Part shown: positions 57,656-64,000 of the stretch, in pieces | How the letters are laid out: each line of letters starts with the position of its first letter | How positions within the stretch are numbered: position 1 is the first letter of the stretch | Source: the human T2T-CHM13v2.0 reference genome, Homo sapiens | NCBI RefSeq assembly: GCF_009914755.1 | Contig: NC_060940.1 | DNA: 64,000 nt | Direction: 5' to 3' (one strand) | Translations under genes and position numbers: made by a program | Notes under the pieces: generated by a model | Databases searched by the model: none | Told to the model about the DNA's origin: nothing | What the model saw: only the letters and a program-made list of their open reading frames with translations

Positions 57656-58466
57656 CTGTGGAATACTACACAGCTATGAAAAATAACACGATAACCTTCT
57701 ATATAACAGACGCGGAGGGATCTCAAGCATGTTGTTAAGGGGAGGAAGCAGGATGCAGATCCATGTCTCTGGTGCAGTCCCATTTATATTAAAATGTAAA
57801 GCAAAATAGACCAGGTGCCGTGGCTCACACCAGGAATCCCAGCACTTTGGGAGGCTGAGGTAGGAGAATCCCCTGAGCTCAGGAGTTGGACACCTGCCTG
57901 GGCAACACGGTGAAACCCCATCGCTACAAAAAATACAAAAATTAGCCAGGCATGGTGGTGCATGCCTGTAGTCCCAGCTACTCAGCAGGCTGAGGTGGGA
58001 GGATTGCTTGAGTGTGGGGAGGTCGAGGCTGCAGTGAGCCATGATCATGCCACTGCACAGGTGACAGAGTGAGATTCTGTCTCAAAAAGACTAAACCAAA
58101 CTAGCTATGTGTAGATGGTGAGTGCCCAGTGATCTGCAGATGCTGCAGAAGGGGTTTGGGGGTGAGTGTGCATCTGGTTGCTAAGGGCCGTCTGAGGGTC
58201 CTCATCCCTGAGACACACCTGAGGAGCCCTTTGTGTTTCTGCTTTTACACTCTGGGCTCTTGCCGTGGTCTGAGCTTGCAATGCCACAAGACACACAGAG
58301 AGAAGCTGGGCCTCCAGGCCCCTGAATGAGCCATGCAGGAGCAGAGCGCTGAGTCTTGGCTCCCTGTAATGTCACCATAACATGACCACAATGCAGGAGA
58401 CTGACAGTGACAGGGAGACCCCAGAAGAAGTTGAGCTTCCGTCTGGGAAATCAGAAGAGAGTGTCA

Positions 58467-59153
<687 letters not shown>

Positions 59154-59180
59154 TTACCCCCAGACCCAAGGCTTATCGAC

Positions 59181-59536
59181 TGTGTTAGTCTGTTCTCATG
59201 CTGATAATAAACACATACCCAAGACTGGGTAATTTATAAAGGAAAGAGGTTTCATGGACTCACTGTTCCACATGGCTGGGGAGGCCTCACAATCATGGCG
59301 GAAGGCAAATGAGAAGCAAAGTACATCTTACATGGCAGCAGGCAAGAGAGACTGTGCAGAGGAACTCCCATTTATAAAACCATCAGATCTTGTGAGACTT
59401 ACTCACTACCATGAACACAGTATGGGGGAAACAGCCCCATGATTCAATTATCCCCACCTGACCGTGCCCTTGACATGTGGGGATTATTACAATTCAAGGT
59501 GGGATTTGGATGGGGACACAGAGCAAAACCATATCA
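59181..59536 (-). mobile_element. THE1B-like solo LTR
   Basis: Reverse THE1 body; flanks tcgac/tctac. Confidence 0.88.
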
Positions 59537-59907
59537 TCTACCACAGGGGAAGGGGGTACATGCTCCAGTAAGACAAAGGCAACCCTCCTAACAGGCAAGA
59601 ATGTCGTGTGTGCCATAGCTTAGAATTTGTCCAATGATATCAAGGTTGTCATGTTCTTACACTAGGGATAGTAAATAAAATAGGCAGCAAGAGGCATTCC
59701 TAGGACTGGAGACAATCAGAAATCAACATGGCAGATTAGCATCCAAGATGGAGTCACCGCTGTCTCTGCAAGCTCAAGGGTCCTCCCCTCTGCTCCCTCC
59801 TCAAAGGCAGATGCCGATTTGGGGGTCAAGTCCCCAAACATAATCAGCCCTGTTTCTACACCATAGCCTGTTAATAGAAGGGCACTTGGGATGTAGTGGG
59901 AAGCTAA

Positions 59908-60180
<273 letters not shown>

Positions 60181-61328
60181 TGAACTCCCCAGCTCAAGCC
60201 ATCCTCCCACATCAACCTCCTGAGTAGCTGGGACTATGGGCAGGTAGACCTGGCTAGGTTTTTTTATTTTTTATTTTTTGTAGAGTACAAGGTCTCCCTA
60301 TGTTGCCCAAGCTGATCTCAGACTCCTGGCCTCAGGTGATCCTCCTACTTTGACCTCCCAAAGTGTTGTGATTACGCGTGTGAGCCACTGTGGCCAGGCT
60401 CGTTTTGCTGTTTGAGACTCCAATACTGGCCCTGTGTACAACTGAGAAAGCTGAGGCCTGGAGGGCATGGGGACTTCATCTCAGTCATGCAGCCTCCAGG
60501 TGATAGAATCAAGAGGAAAGTAGAGTCCCCTGGATTCCTGGTCCAGTTCCAATGTTTCTGTCCTCCTGCCACAAATTCACACAGAACATGGAGGGCACAT
60601 GGTCCTGGCATGGAGGAGGGAGTTGATTATAATGGGTGTCAGTTCTGCAGGATTTCTGTTTAGAGGCGAGTTTCCTATGTGTTTATTTCTTATGTGCTCT
60701 GCTAATATTTCTTGTCCAGTGGTTTATTAAGCAAAGTGTACCAGATGCTCCCAGGATTATCTCGCCCTCTGTCCTCATGGCTCTGACAGCCTCTGGCTTT
60801 AATCAGCTTCCTGACTGCAGCAGGCCCAAGAGATTCCATGACCCCATTGAGCCAATTCTCTCTTCTTCCACAGTAATATAACATTAGCTGTCCACCTCCC
60901 AACCCCCAGAATAAAGACTACATTTCCCAGCCTCCCTTGCAACTAGGTGTGACCATGTGACCACATTGTGGCCAATGGGATGTTAGTGGAAGGTCATGGT
61001 GGTGGCATCTGGGGATCTTACTGGCTGGCAGGCAAGTGCCCTCTGCCCCTCCCCTCTCCACAGTGTCTGTAGCTGTCCCCTTGGACCCAGAGGACGAGTT
61101 CAAACGTTAGAGAAGTGGAGCCGAACTGCCATCTAGCCCCAAACTGCTAATGTTTGTCCATTTGTGTCCAAGTAAACCAAACGACTGTCCAGTTTAGGTC
61201 ACTTATTTTAGGGTCACCATTCCTTGCAGGCAACCCCAATCCTAACTGAGGAACCAGGCAGTGACAGTGACTAACTGTACGTCAGGTTCTCTCTCTAAAC
61301 TTGTTAACCCTCGAAACAATCCTATAAA

Positions 61329-61540
61329 GCAGGGCTCTCCTGCTCAGATGGATTTGCCGCCCAGGGGACAGCAGGCAATGCCTCGAGATGTGTGGATCAT
61401 CCTGACTGGGGAGGAGGTTCCACTGATAGCCAGAGGGTAGAAGCTGGGATGCTGCTATACATTCTATGATGTTTGAACAGCACCCACAACAAAGAATAAT
61501 CTGTTTTCTCAGGTCCACAGTAGTGAGGTTGAAAAGCTCT
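61329..61540 (+). mobile_element. MER20-like DNA transposon
   Basis: cccaggggaca...gggatgctgcta...cacccacaacaaagaat...gaggttga. Confidence 0.7.
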
Positions 61541-63642
61541 GTTGTATTGTTTTGTTTAAAACTAAGAAAATTAGTTTGATCTTACAAAAGGCTGAAGTCA
61601 CTTGCCTGTGATGACAAGACTTGTAGGTGGCAGATTGGGATTGAGACCCAGGCAGTCTTTGTCTAGAGGTGAGGGTTGATGTGCACCAGGAGGCAAGGCA
61701 TGGGTTGCCTTCAGTATCTCCCCAACATTCTGCATGCTCTCACCTCATCCAGAGGAGTCTGACAGCTTCGGGAGGTCCTGACTCTGCCATTCCCTGGATG
61801 ATTGACCTTGAGCTGGTCACATTCCCTCTTGGAGCCACAGTTTCTTCTGCTCTACAAATGGAGGGGGTGAGGAAGCCACATCCCTGTTGAGAGTATTGGT
61901 GGGCCCAGTGCAGCGCCTCTACAGTATGACATTCACTGGGCCATAGGTCTCAGAGCCCCCTGCTGTCCAGGGTTAACCCTTTGGTTGTCAGACCATAGGC
62001 AGTCAGGGGCGAGGGCGCAGGGAAGCTGGGCACTTGGGATGCAGTGGGAGAGGCTGTTTGCTAATTGGTATGGAAGGGTGCTTTCACCTGTTTGGGCTAC
62101 ATGGCCATTCTGGTACACATCAGCCACGTGTCAGCATGGGCAGAGAGAAGTAGAAATTGCTGAGGTCAGGGAGGGAACCTGGCCTCATTTGGAAGAAGGA
62201 ATCTGAAGAGCCAGTCTCTCCTTCAGCGTTCAATGTGTCCAGCTCACTTTGGGTTTAAATAAGTTAAAACACATCCACAATTAAGATGAACTGTCTACAG
62301 AGATGAAGGGTGAGAGGTGACGCCTGCTGGGCATGACCCACCTTAGACCTGGAGATTTGCTAGAAGACTCTCCTCCCATGGCTCTGTGGAAGGTGCATTG
62401 TCATTTGCCCCTATTCTCCAGATGAGGAAACTGAGGCCCAGAGAGACTTAATATCACTGTCAGGATTCTGCAGCTGGTAGGTGAACTCAGGAGTTAATTT
62501 ACAACCACCCATTAGAAGGCAGATGGGTGGGGTTTAGGGGCCTGAGGCCATCCCAGATTTGTGCCGTTAGGCAACTCCTAACACCCAGAAAACAACAACA
62601 ACAACAACAAAACCTGGACAAGGACCTAGCCTCAGTGTGCATTTGGCTCGCCAAGGTCACTCATCTGGCCTCGGCACACAAATTGCTCCAGGGCAGAGGC
62701 AGACACCTGGCATTTCTATTTCCTGCCACCTTCTTCACCTTGACCCCAGGAGACCCGCCTGCCTTATCTGTACTCCCTGGCTGGCGCCCTGTGTCAGCAC
62801 CATCCCTGGGGTCTTTGTGCCCCCAGCCCCGTCCCTCGCCACTCCAACGTGTCAGGCAGGGTTAAGCCACCCCCGGATTATGGAGGTGCTAATGATTTGA
62901 TATCTCAGCCAGGGATTTAACTGATCTCCTAGCTCAGCTGGAAAAATTCCCTCCCTCAAATAGCTGTTTTATCTTTTAGCTCCTGCCGCCACTTTAATCA
63001 CACTAAGTCCTCATCAGATGCCACAAATGAGAGATTTAAAAAAAAAAAAAAAAGGTAAGAAATTGGGACCAGGCTGGGTTTTCTCTCTGGACTCTTTGGA
63101 ACACGGTTGCATATTATCACCCTCCGAATCGTCAGCTTTCACCTGGAGATTAAAGGGAGTCCCTCAAGACCACTTGAAATGAACAGTGTGGCACACAGCA
63201 GCTTAATCTCCTCAGTGTCATGAAATCTGGGTTTTATGGGACATCGCGCCCTCCAGCCTCCCATTTTCCTTCTCGGGCCATCAGTCCCCTTTGCTAAAAT
63301 GGTGCTCTGGGAAAATTCATGCCTCCACAAAGTGGCTAATGGACCGTGAAGCCATTTCAAAATGTAACTAGAATGCCACGTGTTCAAACATTAACCTTCT
63401 GCATTAGGACACCACTGACTCGATTCAGGGCTTTACAGGTTCCAGGAGCTTGTAAAGTGAATGCTTCTGTTTTTACTTCTAATATAAGCTTCACTTTAGT
63501 AAAACTGGAAACTTTTTAACTTTTAATATAAATTATAAATATGTATATATATTTTTACCTTTATCACAAACTTGACCTTAATAAAATTGAAAAACCAGAA
63601 GATAACACAATATAACTAATATGTGATTCAAAGAGTTTCTAG

Positions 63643-64000
63643 AGGCTGGGTGCGATGGCTCATGCCTGTAATCCCAGCATTTTGGGAGGCTGAGGCGGGT
63701 GGATCTCCTGAGGTCAGGAGTTTGAGACTAGCCTGGCCAACATGGCTACTACTAAAGATATAAAAATTAGCCAGGCGTGGTGGCACATGCCTGTAATCCC
63801 AGCTACTTAGGAGGCTGAGGCACGAGAATCACTTGAACCCGGGAGGCAGGGGCTGCAGTGAGCCAAGATCATACCACTGCACTCCAGCCTGGGTGACAGA
63901 GCAATACTCTGTCTCAAAAAAAAAAAAAAAAGTTTCTAAAGGCCGGGAGTAGTGGCTCACGCGTGTAATCCCAGCACTTTGAGAGGCCAAGGTGGGTGGA
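63643..64000 (+). mobile_element. AluS (63643-63931) followed by the start of a second Alu (63941 onward)
   Basis: Alu bodies; agtttcta repeated before each. Confidence 0.9.

Overview
Human-type (primate, Alu-rich) genomic DNA containing one complete protein-coding gene on the minus strand: KCNG4 (Kv6.4), an electrically silent modifier subunit of Kv2 potassium channels. It has a non-coding exon 1 (donor at 34093), coding exon 2 (31948-31153, ATG at 31908) and coding exon 3 (from 17094, stop at 16291), giving 519 aa, with a probable long 3'UTR to an ATTAAA at about 12770. The rest is intronic or intergenic and dense in repeats: about 38 Alus, THE1/MST/MLT LTRs, ERV1 solo LTRs (LTR15-like, MER93-like, LTR12F-like), old L1/L2/MIR, DNA transposons, microsatellites and a 3'-truncated 5S rRNA pseudogene. 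I find no new multi-gene system. The best leads are: a young human-specific AluYb insertion in intron 2, probably polymorphic, on a haplotype that appears to carry W206 and R325; a splice-spanning uORF; a truncated T1-S1 isoform; Alu-flanked exon 2 with a translatable circle; an 87%-identical inverted MIR pair in intron 2; a template-switch hairpin and an RNA G-quadruplex in the 3'UTR; and several unusual insertion or repair scars. Repeat family names and reference alleles come from my recollection of consensus sequences and were not searched.
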